From NCBI GenBank assembly GCA_000091205.1, contig AP006498.2: a stretch of DNA of 64,000 bases, one strand, 5' to 3'. The notes under the pieces are model-generated. The model worked only from the letters and a program-made list of their open reading frames with translations, did no database searches and had not been told where the DNA came from. Numbering within the stretch: the first letter of the stretch is position 1; each line of letters begins with the position of its first letter. This DNA is from Cyanidioschyzon merolae (lineage: Eukaryota). A program made the translations under genes and the position numbers. Below are positions 22,584 through 33,648 of the stretch, piece by piece.

Positions 22584-22950
22584 TCATACACAGCATCGCG
22601 TTCCACCCATGCATTCTATCGAGTGGAACAGCGTAAGCTTGCACGCACAGCGGACACAGTACGCGCCCAGTGTATCACCCAGAAGCAGCCTGTGATCGTC
22701 GTCCACGACAACAGGCGCGGAAACAAATGAGAATAGCTGGGAGAGCCCACTGTACCCGTCATGCGCATGCAGCAAACGGCGAGGCAAGCGCTCACGCGGC
22801 ACAGGGCTACTCTCGAAGGAGCCGATGTGCTGGACACAGACGGGAACCCAGCGCAGTGTCCCCGCTGGGAAGCGCACCCCGAGACTCGATGCAAAACGAC
22901 ACGAGTATGGCACGCCAAGCATTGACAGCAACTGCTGCTTCTGCATGGAA
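22584..22950 (-). repeat. Diverged dispersed repeat, copy 1 (pairs with ~41190-41560)
   Basis: Minus-strand translation ...PVPRERLPRRLLHAHDGYSGLSQLFSFVSAPVVVDDDHRLLLGDTLGAYCVRCACKLTLFHSIEC aligns with the 41-kb copy ...PVARERILHRSMVAMDRRSRPASLRFSVSASDVVFYDHGNVLDGPGGEYAVGCSCKRTRFHSIEN over >65 aa. Weaker similarity to the 3' parts of the 10.6/18.2-kb elements (12100-12215, 20146-20280). Confidence 0.35.
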
Positions 22951-23468
22951 AGCGCTGACAACACCTGGACTCGTCGATATCGGGACGTTACAACTGCTGT
23001 CAACATCCTTCAACTGCTGACAGCGAAGGTTTAGATATAGGACAAACCTGCATCTTCCAAGCTGGATCAGAGGGAGTGAGCAGCAGGAAGAAGAAGCAGT
23101 CACAGAAAAAGCGCGCAAACGCTGGTGCGAATGACAGCGGTTACTAGCCCAAGTTTCTTTGCACATATACCAACGTTTTCTGATATGGACTTTATAAGAG
23201 TGATGAGCCCGCTCTGGACTGCCGCATGACAAGCGCCTGGGAACGTTTGAAATCGTATCCGCCGTTGAAGCATACAACGCATAGGCAGTGCTGCTACCGA
23301 GACCGGCAGCTGCGGCGATACGACCTGGAGACAGATACACCCCAGCGTTTACACTGTCCATTAAATCCATTTATGATCCATTTCATCCAACAAAATCGCA
23401 CCCGCATGCACGACCAGTAGACGCGCGTGCGCGTTCCGTACTCGCGATCTCCGCCAGCCTGAGGATTC

Positions 23469-26400
23469 TCATGTTCTTTCGTGTTTCGAACTGCGCAACG
23501 CTGGGCTGTGGACCGTCGAAGACAACCTGCACCACCGAGCCGGGCGATAGAGTTCCAGAAGAATACTCGATACGGTCACACAGACTGAACTCGCTGCCAT
23601 GGCGATCGCAGCAATATATGGTGGAACCTGTTGCTGCCATGCCGGGTAGAATAGCCCCGCAGCAAGTGGCAACGCTGCAAGGTTATAGCCAAGTGCCCAG
23701 ACATAGTTCAGCGAGATGCGGCGGAATGCAGCACGAGAGAGGTCGATTGCGACCAATAGATCATACAACTGGTCCCGCATCAAGACAACTTGTCCGGCTT
23801 CGGCTGCAACCTGGGTCCCAGCGGCCATCGCGACGCCAACGTCTGCCGTTGCAAGTGCAGGCGCATCATTGAGACCGTCTCCGACGAAAGCCACGCGATA
23901 CCGATGACGCCATGCTTTCTTCTTCGATGAATTATCCTGCGTTGGCGACTCCGCCTGGAGCGCCTCGATCATCCATGGCACGGGCGGTGCTGGCTCCGAT
24001 CCCACAGCCGCTTTCGGCAACTTTCCGCGCTCGGCTGCTTCCACACATGCGCGAACCGCCTGCGCTTTTTGCCATGGTAAGGCCCCAGCAATCACGCGTG
24101 TCGTAGGGATACCGACTCGTTCCGCTACACGCTGAGCAGCGGCTGCCTGATCCCCAGTTACCATCCAGCACGATATGTGCAGGCGTTTGCTCAGAGTCGT
24201 TATCACTGCAGCCGATTCTGGTCGGATGGGGTCCTCAATGGCGAAGGCAACCTGCGGCACCCAGTTCCGTGCCGCAACCACCACCGTTGCTCCACCAGCT
24301 TCGATTGCACGGAGTTTCTGCTCGATATGTTCCAGGGGTACCGCCTGCGTATCCGCGAAATCCGTGGGTGTCTCTCGACAAACTTGCAAGATCCACGTCG
24401 GAGAGCCAATATGAACCGTGTGATCTGCGACGATGCCCTGAATGCCGAGGCCCGGTTCCACATGCAGCGCGCGAGCAAGCGGCAGTACCGCATCTGGAAT
24501 CCGTTGGCGAATATAGTCGAGCAATGTGCGAGCAAGCAGATGTTCGGAGTGCTCCTCAATTGCTGCGATACTCAGAAGCAATGCCTCCTCCCGCTCACTC
24601 GAAGACGGGCCATGCTCGATGGACGGCTCCAGCTCTTGCAGAAGAAGATGCCGTGTCACAGCAGGTCTGCCCATGGTTAGCGTCCCCGTCTTGTCGAACA
24701 GAATGCAGCGGACACTGCGCAGCGCCTCCAACGCGATGCCGCTCTTGAAAAGGACTCCCAAATGTGCTCCCAGCGACGTCGCCACCATAATGACGGTGGG
24801 CGTGGCGAGTCCCAGCGCACAGGGACAGGCAATGATCAGGGTGGATATCGCGAACAGAAGCGCAAATGGCACTGGTCCGCCCTTGCCGCTGTACCAACTC
24901 GATGGAATCACCCTACTTTGGGCGAGCGCCATCCACACCAAAAAGTCGACCAGGGCGATCACGAGAACCCCAGGAACAAAAACAGCGGCGATGCCGTCTG
25001 CAATGGCCTCTACGGGTGCTCGCTGGGCCTGTGCCTCCTCAACCAGACGAATGATCTGCGAAAGCGTCGCGTCAGCGCCCACGGCTGTCGCCTGCACAAT
25101 GAGCGGATGGCTCCCGTTGACGGTGCCGCTGTAGACGATAGCCCCGGGGCCTTTGGGGACGCGCATCGACTCGCCAGTCAACATGGACTCGTCGGCGGTG
25201 CTGCTTCCTTCGAGTACAATCGCGTCTGCGGGAAATCGTTCACCAGGTTTGATTCCGATAATATCGCCAACGTCGAGCAGTTTTGCGTCGATATCTCCGA
25301 TGCCGCGATACTGCTCATCGCTGGCAACCGGGAGGCTACCACTTTTCCCAGTTGATACAGGCAAAGCATCCGAGGTTCGCACGGCAGGCTCGCTGGTGCT
25401 CTCCATTGCTTGGGCAGTATGTATGCCGGCAGTAAGCGGCTCGGGCGGATGTCCAGGAATGGTGTCGCGCTCCGCCGCGGGCTTCCGCTCGCAAGGTTCC
25501 TGGGGTACCTCATTCAAACCCTCGTTGGTGCAGGAAGCATCATCTGACCGTTGTGTTATACGGGCCATTAAAAAGGCTCGCTGCGGCTGCAACGCGTACA
25601 AGGACTCAATACCCGATGCGGCACGGCGTTTTGCCACAGTCTCCATCCACTTACCAAGAATGATAATGGTAATGAGGAGGGCACTCGTGTCAAATGCGGG
25701 ACCGCTTCCAAACCGCACATTGGCGCCATTCAGAATCACGAGAATCAGCGAGTAGAAATAGGCAATGGATGTGCTTAACGCAACGAGCACGTCCATGTTC
25801 GCTCGACGCCTCTTCAACAGCGCGTAGTAGCTGCCCCTGTAGAAAGGATAGCCCGCAATGAACTGAACAGGAGTTGTGAGCACCAGGGCAACCAAATTGC
25901 CGACCTGGAGCGCAGAGCCGCCAACCTGAGCCCTCAAGGAAGGCGGTGGCATTGGTAAATTCATTAGAACAGTACTGATAACCAGTACAGGAATCGTAAA
26001 CACCAGCGCGAAGGCAAAACGTCCCAACCATTCCAACGCCTCTCGGTGTAGACGCGCTGCCAATGTCTCAGCGGGGTCCTGCGACTTAGCGGCATTGGGT
26101 GCATCTTTGATGTCGAAGCTGCCACCGAGGCCAGCACTCTGCAAAACAGCGACGATTCTAGCGTATGGATTCAGTTGAGATGCCTCTGGCGAAACCTCCA
26201 TGTTTTTGCTGATATTCGTGATAGATTGCTCATCTCTCGGCCATATATGGAGCGCGTAGCGCGGTGCAGGCCGCTTGCGCATGCACAGCCACTGACGATA
26301 AAGCGCTTGCCACCAAGGAAGCGCCGCGTTAGCGTCCATTTCTCCTGTGGATTTTTGCTCGACTAGGTTGAATGTCTTCGCCACAGCAGTCCTTTGGAGC

Positions 26401-27746
26401 GCAGCTACTGCCTCGTCCGCTTTGAGTCGGTCTGTAAAACATAGCACTAATGGCATTCGGTCGGAGCCCGCCACGGTACCGCTTCGATTCGGATGCGATG
26501 CCGACCCATCCGTGAGTGTCTCATTGGATTGCAGTTCGGCGCCGTAGCCGATGGACGCAATATATGCCTGGATCCGGCCGGCGTCTACGATATTGCCATC
26601 ATACGTTACTGTTGCCTTCTGACTGAGCAACGTCACAGAAGCGCTCTGGACACCAGCTAGACGACGAAGTGCGGTCTCTATGGCACCAACGCAGGTAGCG
26701 CACGACATACCACGAACACTGAAAGTTGTACGGACAAGATTTGTTTTGTCTTGGAGCGCTTCCTTTTTCAAGGTCTTCTCAGTCGTAGCGCTCTCGTCTA
26801 CGGCCATTGTTTTCAGAGATTTCGATGAGCAACACGCACGAGTCGAGGCTCGCTTTCCACAACCGCAAGCAGCTTGCGAAAGATCCAGGATGCCCACTGG
26901 ATTCACCAGGCATCCCATGGTGTCCAGCTCTTCGCGGTTCACGCGAACGCCCGCATCACCTCGAAGCCGCGGCTCGAGTGCGCCGACGCAGCTCGGTTCT
27001 CCGCAACCACAGTTATAACGGAGCGCTTCGGAGGTATCATCCGCGTCACTGATACAACTCATTTCCACGTCTTTTGATATGAGTGTGACCTGCTTACCAA
27101 CGGCGTTCGTCGCCTGGATCAGCGCCGACACAGGCACCTGGCGATCCAAAGCAACGCGTGCCCGCTTGAGACCCAACAGGACATGTGCCCGAACAACTCC
27201 CGGCACGTTTTCCAACGCTGCAGTGACCTTGCGAGCACATCCATCGCAACGAAGGCCTTCGACTTGAAGGTGCACTATCTGGAAGATGCGCGTGCGCAGC
27301 GTCATCTGTACCGCGGGCAGCTCTCCCTGTAAAAACTCTATAATTTTGGAGTACAGCGCTGTTGGCGACGTACGCACGCGCAACTTTACCTCTGCTCCAG
27401 TGCACTCCGGAAAGACAGCTTCAACTTCGGGAAGACTTTTCAACCGCTCCACAACTGCTGCAACATCCTTCGAACCCGGCCACTTGGCCACAACGACCTC
27501 AAACATCACACAATCCTTCCCGTCTGCTTGTTCTTTATCGTTCATATGCCACGTGTACAAACGTAGTCGCGAGGTAACGACACCAGGGCCATGCAAACTG
27601 CCGCTTCGACAACGTCCGTACAAGCTGGACCTCCGGTGCCTATGGCGTATCGTGTGACACGAGTGTGACGCGCAGGCAGTCGCGATCGATCGCGCGATGC
27701 GCGCCCTCGGGTATGCAGCAGGGGAGGCCAGACGCGCGCCGCCCAT
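23469..27746 (-). CDS. Copper-transporting P1B-type ATPase (heavy-metal ATPase)
   Basis: 1425-aa ORF. HMA domains with GMSCATCVGAIE and CDGCARKV-type metal-binding motifs. CPC transmembrane motif (IIACPCALGLATPT). P-type signatures DKTGTLT, TGD (VTGDQAAAA), GDGLNDAPALATADVGVAM. ATG at 27744-27746; an alternative ATG (MNDKEQ...) lies at 27545. Stop TGA. Confidence 0.9.
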   Translation of the reverse strand: MGGARLASPAAYPRARIARSIATACASHSCHTIRHRHRRSSLYGRCRSGSLHGPGVVTSRLRLYTWHMNDKEQADGKDCVMFEVVVAKWPGSKDVAAVVERLKSLPEVEAVFPECTGAEVKLRVRTSPTALYSKIIEFLQGELPAVQMTLRTRIFQIVHLQVEGLRCDGCARKVTAALENVPGVVRAHVLLGLKRARVALDRQVPVSALIQATNAVGKQVTLISKDVEMSCISDADDTSEALRYNCGCGEPSCVGALEPRLRGDAGVRVNREELDTMGCLVNPVGILDLSQAACGCGKRASTRACCSSKSLKTMAVDESATTEKTLKKEALQDKTNLVRTTFSVRGMSCATCVGAIETALRRLAGVQSASVTLLSQKATVTYDGNIVDAGRIQAYIASIGYGAELQSNETLTDGSASHPNRSGTVAGSDRMPLVLCFTDRLKADEAVAALQRTAVAKTFNLVEQKSTGEMDANAALPWWQALYRQWLCMRKRPAPRYALHIWPRDEQSITNISKNMEVSPEASQLNPYARIVAVLQSAGLGGSFDIKDAPNAAKSQDPAETLAARLHREALEWLGRFAFALVFTIPVLVISTVLMNLPMPPPSLRAQVGGSALQVGNLVALVLTTPVQFIAGYPFYRGSYYALLKRRRANMDVLVALSTSIAYFYSLILVILNGANVRFGSGPAFDTSALLITIIILGKWMETVAKRRAASGIESLYALQPQRAFLMARITQRSDDASCTNEGLNEVPQEPCERKPAAERDTIPGHPPEPLTAGIHTAQAMESTSEPAVRTSDALPVSTGKSGSLPVASDEQYRGIGDIDAKLLDVGDIIGIKPGERFPADAIVLEGSSTADESMLTGESMRVPKGPGAIVYSGTVNGSHPLIVQATAVGADATLSQIIRLVEEAQAQRAPVEAIADGIAAVFVPGVLVIALVDFLVWMALAQSRVIPSSWYSGKGGPVPFALLFAISTLIIACPCALGLATPTVIMVATSLGAHLGVLFKSGIALEALRSVRCILFDKTGTLTMGRPAVTRHLLLQELEPSIEHGPSSSEREEALLLSIAAIEEHSEHLLARTLLDYIRQRIPDAVLPLARALHVEPGLGIQGIVADHTVHIGSPTWILQVCRETPTDFADTQAVPLEHIEQKLRAIEAGGATVVVAARNWVPQVAFAIEDPIRPESAAVITTLSKRLHISCWMVTGDQAAAAQRVAERVGIPTTRVIAGALPWQKAQAVRACVEAAERGKLPKAAVGSEPAPPVPWMIEALQAESPTQDNSSKKKAWRHRYRVAFVGDGLNDAPALATADVGVAMAAGTQVAAEAGQVVLMRDQLYDLLVAIDLSRAAFRRISLNYVWALGYNLAALPLAAGLFYPAWQQQVPPYIAAIAMAASSVCVTVSSILLELYRPARWCRLSSTVHSPALRSSKHERT

Positions 27747-27984
27747 CGCCGCCTGCCCAAAAAAGTAAGAAAAGAAAAATGCGCATAATCGGAGAACGCT
27801 GGCCTAAGCAAACGTTTTGTACATGAAAAAAATCGCCGCCTGCCGCTTCCGTTCCGCGACGGCGTTGAGGCGCGCTCCAGACACGTGTCTTCGGATGCCG
27901 CTGAGGCGCGCGCGATCCACGTGCGTGTCCACAGAAGGGAGCCTCATCCGCGCATCCGGGCAGACGTGTCTCTCTCTTTCCCTC

Positions 27985-28010
27985 TGTGTGTGTGTGTGTG
28001 TGCGCGCGCA
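27985..28010. repeat. (TG)n then (GC)n dinucleotide microsatellite
   Basis: ctgtgtgtgtgtgtgtgtgtgcgcgcgca in the Cu-ATPase upstream region. Confidence 0.85.
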
Positions 28011-29245
28011 TGACTCGCTGGGCGCCCCTAACGCCAGTCATCCAGACAAAGTGTCGATATCGTAAGCATCTAGATGCTTGCGCGAACGGATTTTGCGGCG
28101 AGTGATCGCAAGCGTTCTCGCGTTGCATTCGCTGGCGAGGCGTCGAGAAAGGAGGCGCATTTGGATGCCTGTCCTGTCCGTGTCCGAATGGTATCTTTCA
28201 TGGCATTCCAAAGGGGCAATCCGTGGGCGGATGTGTAGGAACGCTTTTCGCGGTGCTCTGTGTTGCCGCACCGGTACCCGCGCTCTCGGCGAGGACAGCG
28301 CAGCGCTGCAAGCGCTCAGCAATCCACGCCGTTTTCGATTCGCCGGCGAGGGTGCTTTGCCAGTGTGGACGGTCTCTTTCGATATCGTTGAGAGAAGGCT
28401 GCTGTGACGCCTGCATTCAGCTGGATTTATTCGTAACTGGGCGAGGTCGTCGACGCACCGACTCGCGAAATGCTAACACGCTCAGCAGAACGCCGCTGCC
28501 TACGCATGTGATCGCTTCCTCTTAGACAGAGCGGGACTGTTTGATGAATGCGTGGTCGTACGCTTCTGAAACACGCTCTTTCGTGGAACATACACGATCG
28601 ACATATAGATTGTGCATCCACTCGATCAGCGCAGATGCGATTATGGCAAGTAGTTCGTGATCATGTTCGCGAAATGCCCCGGGTATTCTTGCAATCTTAC
28701 TCATTGCCGCTCAAGATACATGGTATGGAATGCGTGAATCGCTTATAGAGCAAGTTTGTGGAAGCGATTCCCGCGTAGATGATCCGCAGGGAAGTAGCAC
28801 AAACGACCCCTTCCCGCCAAGTCTCAATGACGTTGGTGTGCGTGCATGCGTGCATGCGTGCACGCGGGAAACGCCGTCGACGGAGCGCCCGCGGGTGTTG
28901 CCACCGCGAATGCGTCGCGCGCTCCAGGTTCACTGCTTCGCCTCAAGTGCGTGCAGCGAATCAGGTTGAGAAGCGTGGGGCCGGGGGCTTGCAAACCTCA
29001 ACATCCAGCGCATATTGCTGCTGAAACTCGGGGTTGGCGGGCTTTGGCTTCTGATTGCGCCTTAGACTGTATTCTTGGGCACCTTGGTGACCGCTGCGTG
29101 ACGAGGACACTGCAGTGCTGCGGCTGCAGGTGCGTGCACTGCCAGCGGAGTCAGCAGGCCACGCTGCAACTCTCTGGAGCGTGGTTTGCGCTCTTCATCT
29201 TTGCAGGGTTTGTGTGCACGGATCTGATATAGCTTTACGCAGTTT

Positions 29246-31159
29246 GTGGTTAGTAACGTGATTGCTTGTGACACGAGGATGAGTGGCGGCGGTTGCTCAA
29301 GTTGCAGCTGCAACGGAACCGAGCGCTATGGTTCCATCGACCCGAAACTCAAGTTTGTCATTGTTGCCGGCGGGGTAATCAGCGGCATCGGAAAAGGGCT
29401 CACCTCGTCTTCGATAGGTGTCCTGCTGAAAGCGTGCGGTTGGCGTGTATCTGCGATCAAAATCGATCCGTATATTAACGTGGACGCGGGCACCATGTCG
29501 CCGTTCGAACACGGAGAGACCTTTGTGCTTGATGACGGCAGTGAGACTGACTTGGATCTTGGAAACTACGAGCGTTTCTTGTCTGTGAACCTCACTCGGC
29601 GGCATAACATTACCACAGGAAAAGTGTACTCCGAAGTTATTCAGCGCGAACGACGAGGCGATTACCTCGGACGCACTGTTCAAGTGGTTCCCCATTTAAC
29701 AGACTTGATACAGGATCAGATAATGGCGGCAGCGATGGAGAGAGTTGACGATTCGGGGCTTCCACCCGAAGTCGTGATTATTGAACTCGGGGGAACAGTC
29801 GGCGATATCGAAAGCGCCCCCTTCGTGGAAGCGTTGCGACAGCTTCGCTATAGACACGGCCAAGAGAATGTATGTATTGCTTTTGTCTCACTAGTGCCGT
29901 GTCTTGGCGTTGTTGGCGAGCAAAAGACGAAACCCACGCAGGCAGGGTGCTCGACGATTGCGTCCCTGGGGTTACCTCCGCAGCTCATCTTTTGTCGCAG
30001 CGATCGACCATTGCTCCCGGAGACGCGTGCGAAGATTGCACTTTTTGCACAGGTTCCTGTAGAAGCCGTTGTCTCCCTGCATGACGTTAGCAATACCTTT
30101 CGAATACCGCTGATGATGCAGGAGCAGGGTGTCACGAATGCGCTGATCTCGGCGCTGCGTCTCAGCTGGCGGCTGCCGGTCCTCTTAGAGCGCTGGGGAC
30201 GTATGGCGGCTGCTTTCGATAGCTATCAGGGCGAGTGCAGGATCGCCATTGTGGGCAAATACACGGGTCTCGCGGACACTTATCTGAGCGTTATCAAAGC
30301 GCTTGAACATGCAGGCATGGCTCTCCATCGCAAGGTTCACATTCACTGGATCGCAGCTGAGAGCCTGGAGAACTTTGTGGATGCATCGGGTGATTCGAGA
30401 CTGCTGCCAAACGGCTCGCCGACGCAGCGCCATATGGCGTATCAGAATGCATGGCGCGAACTGAGCGCCGCTGATGGAATCTTGGTTCCGGGCGGTTTCG
30501 GTTGTCGTGGCATTGAAGGCATGCTGGCAGCGATTCGGTATGCGCGGGAGCATCGAGTCCCGTACCTTGGCATTTGCCTTGGCATGCAGCTGGCTGCGGT
30601 GGAGTTGGCGCGATCGCGCCTCGCTGATGGCGCGAAGGCTAACAGCACCGAATTTGATGAGCATGCCGATCCTGCCATCGTCGTATTCATGCCCGAAGTA
30701 GACAAGACTAGAATGGGCGGTACAATGCGACTCGGTGCCCGTAAGACAATCTTTCAACCCGATGGAACCAACTCCATTGCATCGTTACTCTACGGCCGAA
30801 AACCGTTCATCATGGAACGGCACCGCCATCGATACGAGGTGAACCCCAAATACGTGGATCGCCTGGAGAAAGAATGTGGACTTCGATTCGTTGCTCGCGA
30901 TGAAACAGGACAGCGAATGGAGATCGCAGAGCTGAATCGCGCGGAGCATCCCTTCTTTTTGGGATCGCAGTTCCATCCGGAGCTTAAATCCCGACCGGGA
31001 GCACCATCACCGCCGTTTGTGGGATTTGTTGCGGCTGCTGCGGGTCTTCCGCTTGACGAACTCGCGATCGAGGAGATGATGCTACGTGTACAGAGTCAGG
31101 ATCCCTGGCAGCCGCATTCCGAGGAGTCTCGTGGTTTGGACTCTAGTTTCTGTCTTTGA
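29246..31159 (+). CDS. CTP synthase
   Basis: N-terminal synthetase domain KFVIVAGGVISGIGKGLTSSSIGVLLKACGWRVSAIKIDPYINVDAGTMSPFEHGETFVLDDG. C-terminal class-I glutamine amidotransferase domain with GICLGMQ and HPE. Listed start is GTG; first ATG at 29279. Stop TGA. Confidence 0.9.
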   Translation: MVSNVIACDTRMSGGGCSSCSCNGTERYGSIDPKLKFVIVAGGVISGIGKGLTSSSIGVLLKACGWRVSAIKIDPYINVDAGTMSPFEHGETFVLDDGSETDLDLGNYERFLSVNLTRRHNITTGKVYSEVIQRERRGDYLGRTVQVVPHLTDLIQDQIMAAAMERVDDSGLPPEVVIIELGGTVGDIESAPFVEALRQLRYRHGQENVCIAFVSLVPCLGVVGEQKTKPTQAGCSTIASLGLPPQLIFCRSDRPLLPETRAKIALFAQVPVEAVVSLHDVSNTFRIPLMMQEQGVTNALISALRLSWRLPVLLERWGRMAAAFDSYQGECRIAIVGKYTGLADTYLSVIKALEHAGMALHRKVHIHWIAAESLENFVDASGDSRLLPNGSPTQRHMAYQNAWRELSAADGILVPGGFGCRGIEGMLAAIRYAREHRVPYLGICLGMQLAAVELARSRLADGAKANSTEFDEHADPAIVVFMPEVDKTRMGGTMRLGARKTIFQPDGTNSIASLLYGRKPFIMERHRHRYEVNPKYVDRLEKECGLRFVARDETGQRMEIAELNRAEHPFFLGSQFHPELKSRPGAPSPPFVGFVAAAAGLPLDELAIEEMMLRVQSQDPWQPHSEESRGLDSSFCL

Positions 31160-32588
31160 TTGGCATCCAAAGAGCTAGCAGTCCTGCTGTACCTGGGTTG
31201 TCGCGGATGCGCAGGGCCCCAGATCATCATGACGCTCTCTGGTCGGACGAAGGGCACGCTAGTGCACGGGACGCTGGAGAGGACCACGCTTGCTAACTCT
31301 GTAAGATAATCACAACTGGTGCAGCGCAAGTCCCATGGGATGATGTGGAGCTCACGGCGTTCTTTTCGGTGATGATCGCTAGTTTGCCTCAGGTGAATCA
31401 AGGATTTTATATGAGCAACAAGCTAGCCAAAGATATTCGCATGAAAAATGGTGCATCTGTGGGGCCCGGCTCTTGTCTGCGCCTTTCGAACTATGGAACG
31501 GTGCTCGTCGCCAATGCGCTTGTCATCACACTGCAGAATCATGAAAAGCCGCTTCTCGCAAGTAGCGAGCGATGGATGACGCTACACGCACCCGACCTCC
31601 GGAGACGGCATGCGCATTGCACGACTGACGTTTCGTAACGCTGCCACAAGAGCTAAAGCGGCTACACAACGATACGGGAATCCTTGCGTCTTTTTTTGGT
31701 GTGCTTGAAGGCTGTTTACTGTTACCAGCGGATCTCCGATTGCACGATGGGTCTCGGTCTCCGGCGAAAAGCATCCGCGATTCCACAGCATGCCCTCAAG
31801 TTCTGCGAGCCAGCACCTCACAGACTTTTCCCTGGGGACATTAGCCAGTACGTATGATCCGCTGGATGCCGTACCGACCGAACGTGCCGAGAATATTGGC
31901 TACTGCGCTGCTGGGTACACCTCGCAGAGACAGAACGACATTGTCGTTCACTGTTGCATGCTCGCTTGAGACGTCCATATTCCAGCACGGGGTCAGGTAT
32001 CCGGGTAGCAGGGTATTCGGGTGCAGCATGCCGGCACGATCGCCTGCCGCAGGACTCTGCTGCAACATACCTCCTGGGCGGCATGCATGCATGCAATGAC
32101 GATTCCTGTACTCGTGCCGCATTCAAACGGAACACTGAACAGCCCGCTCTGTTCCTGACTTTTGCTTTGTCTTGAAATGTATTTGAGATGGACAGCTTGG
32201 ACATTTGAATTGCAGCAATATGGCTCTACGGATTCCTGCGTGATTTTTGAATAGTTGGTTGTTTTTTCGAAGTGGTTCTTTCTCGACGCTTTGCCGCCAG
32301 AATTCGTTATGTCACCGGAATCAGGATGATTCGCGACACCTTGTCACAAGGGTACGCGAAAGAACTCATATCCGAATAGATTTCGTATGTGCAACCATTC
32401 TTGCTTCTCCTTTTGTTCTGTGCGGCATGCACAAAACACGCATGCTTCAAGTTTCCCATCTTTCTATTTCAGGGCAATTCTTCAGTGCAACAGTTCGCTT
32501 CGTTGAATCGACGGCGGAACAAAACATGATGTCGTCGTCACCTGGCGCGTTCATATGTTTGATCAGTGAACCAAAAGAATCTCCAAAT

Positions 32589-33096
32589 GACCATGTGGGG
32601 TTACATGAATACCCACGCGCAGACGCCTCCCTACGTTCTTTGACGGGCCGCCTGCTATCGGTTTGAGGTTATCGAGGCACATTTCGAGCCTGGGAGGCTG
32701 CCCCTCGAAGTTAGATAGGCGCAGCTCCGCGGATCTCGTTTTCAGCACCACAAATCGTCTGATACTGATGGCGTCGATGAAGACTCTGTTCATGAACTCC
32801 TTGCGTTTATTGCCTCTGGCTGGACTCACCAGTGCAAATACTGCCAGAACGCGTGCCTTTCTTGCCACTACAGTCTTGTGATCTTCCCGTCGGGCAAAAA
32901 TCTTTTCAAGTCGATCTCTCATCGACCTCCTCTTCTTCGTCATTACTAGCTCTTCTTCGCTCGATGGTCGAAGAGAAGATGATTCTCTTCGTTTATTTGC
33001 CCGGAAGCTAGCGATGACGGTGCTCCAGGTTCCCCGACTTCCATGCCCACAACTTTCCCTGGGGTTGTGCATTTCTGAAAATGAACGCACTTCTCT
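32589..33096 (-). mobile_element. Internally deleted (~0.5 kb, MITE-like) derivative A of the TnpB/Fanzor-like element
   Basis: Shares both termini with the full-length element 56691-58958: RE-proximal block accatgtggggttacatg...cagacgcctccc and LE-proximal block ...gaaaatgaacgcacttc. Retains the RuvC-III-encoding segment (KEFMNRVFIDAISIRR) in an open 175-codon ORF (32563-33090) that spans the deletion junction. Confidence 0.6.
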
Positions 33097-33402
33097 ATGC
33101 CCTTAGGTGAGGACCTTCACGGAGTGCGAAGGACTTGCGGAAGAAAGACGACATGTGCTCCGGTGTCACCGTGCGCTGAGCGCTTCAGCGATTCGCCCAG
33201 TGGAACGACCGTTACGTTTTACGATAGAAAACACGCATACGATGCACTTGAGCTATGGATTGTATGGAGGAATGAAAAGATGCTCTGCCCCGATAGAATC
33301 GGCAAGAGCTCGAACGCAAGGGGAATGATGAAATGCCACGTTCTCCAATAGAGGAATGTCGGCAAGTGTCAGGGTAAAGTCTTCAATGATTCGATAAAGT
33401 GG

Positions 33403-33648
33403 GTGCTGTTGTATGAGGGTTACCCACTCGAGAAACTACGGCCGCAAAATGAATCCATTGTAGCTAGAATAGATGATGTCTTAGTTCGCTTCGAGTTCGA
33501 TCGAACATATAGCAGGCTCCTTCTCTGCGAATACCCATATACGTTCCAACCGTTTTATCCGAAGCAAGCCTTATCGATAGAAGAAAACAAGCCGATGTCC
33601 TTGCGGTACATTACCGATCTCGACGTTCCAGGAACGCTGTCGTCGTGA
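33403..33648 (+). CDS. Small hypothetical ORF in a lower-GC island
   Basis: 81-aa ORF (MLLYEGYPLEKLRPQNESIVARIDDVLVRFEFDRTYSRLLLCEYPYTF...) inside an AT-richer ~1-kb stretch (33100-34100) adjacent to derivative A. No homology recognised. Confidence 0.2.
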   Translation: MLLYEGYPLEKLRPQNESIVARIDDVLVRFEFDRTYSRLLLCEYPYTFQPFYPKQALSIEENKPMSLRYITDLDVPGTLSS

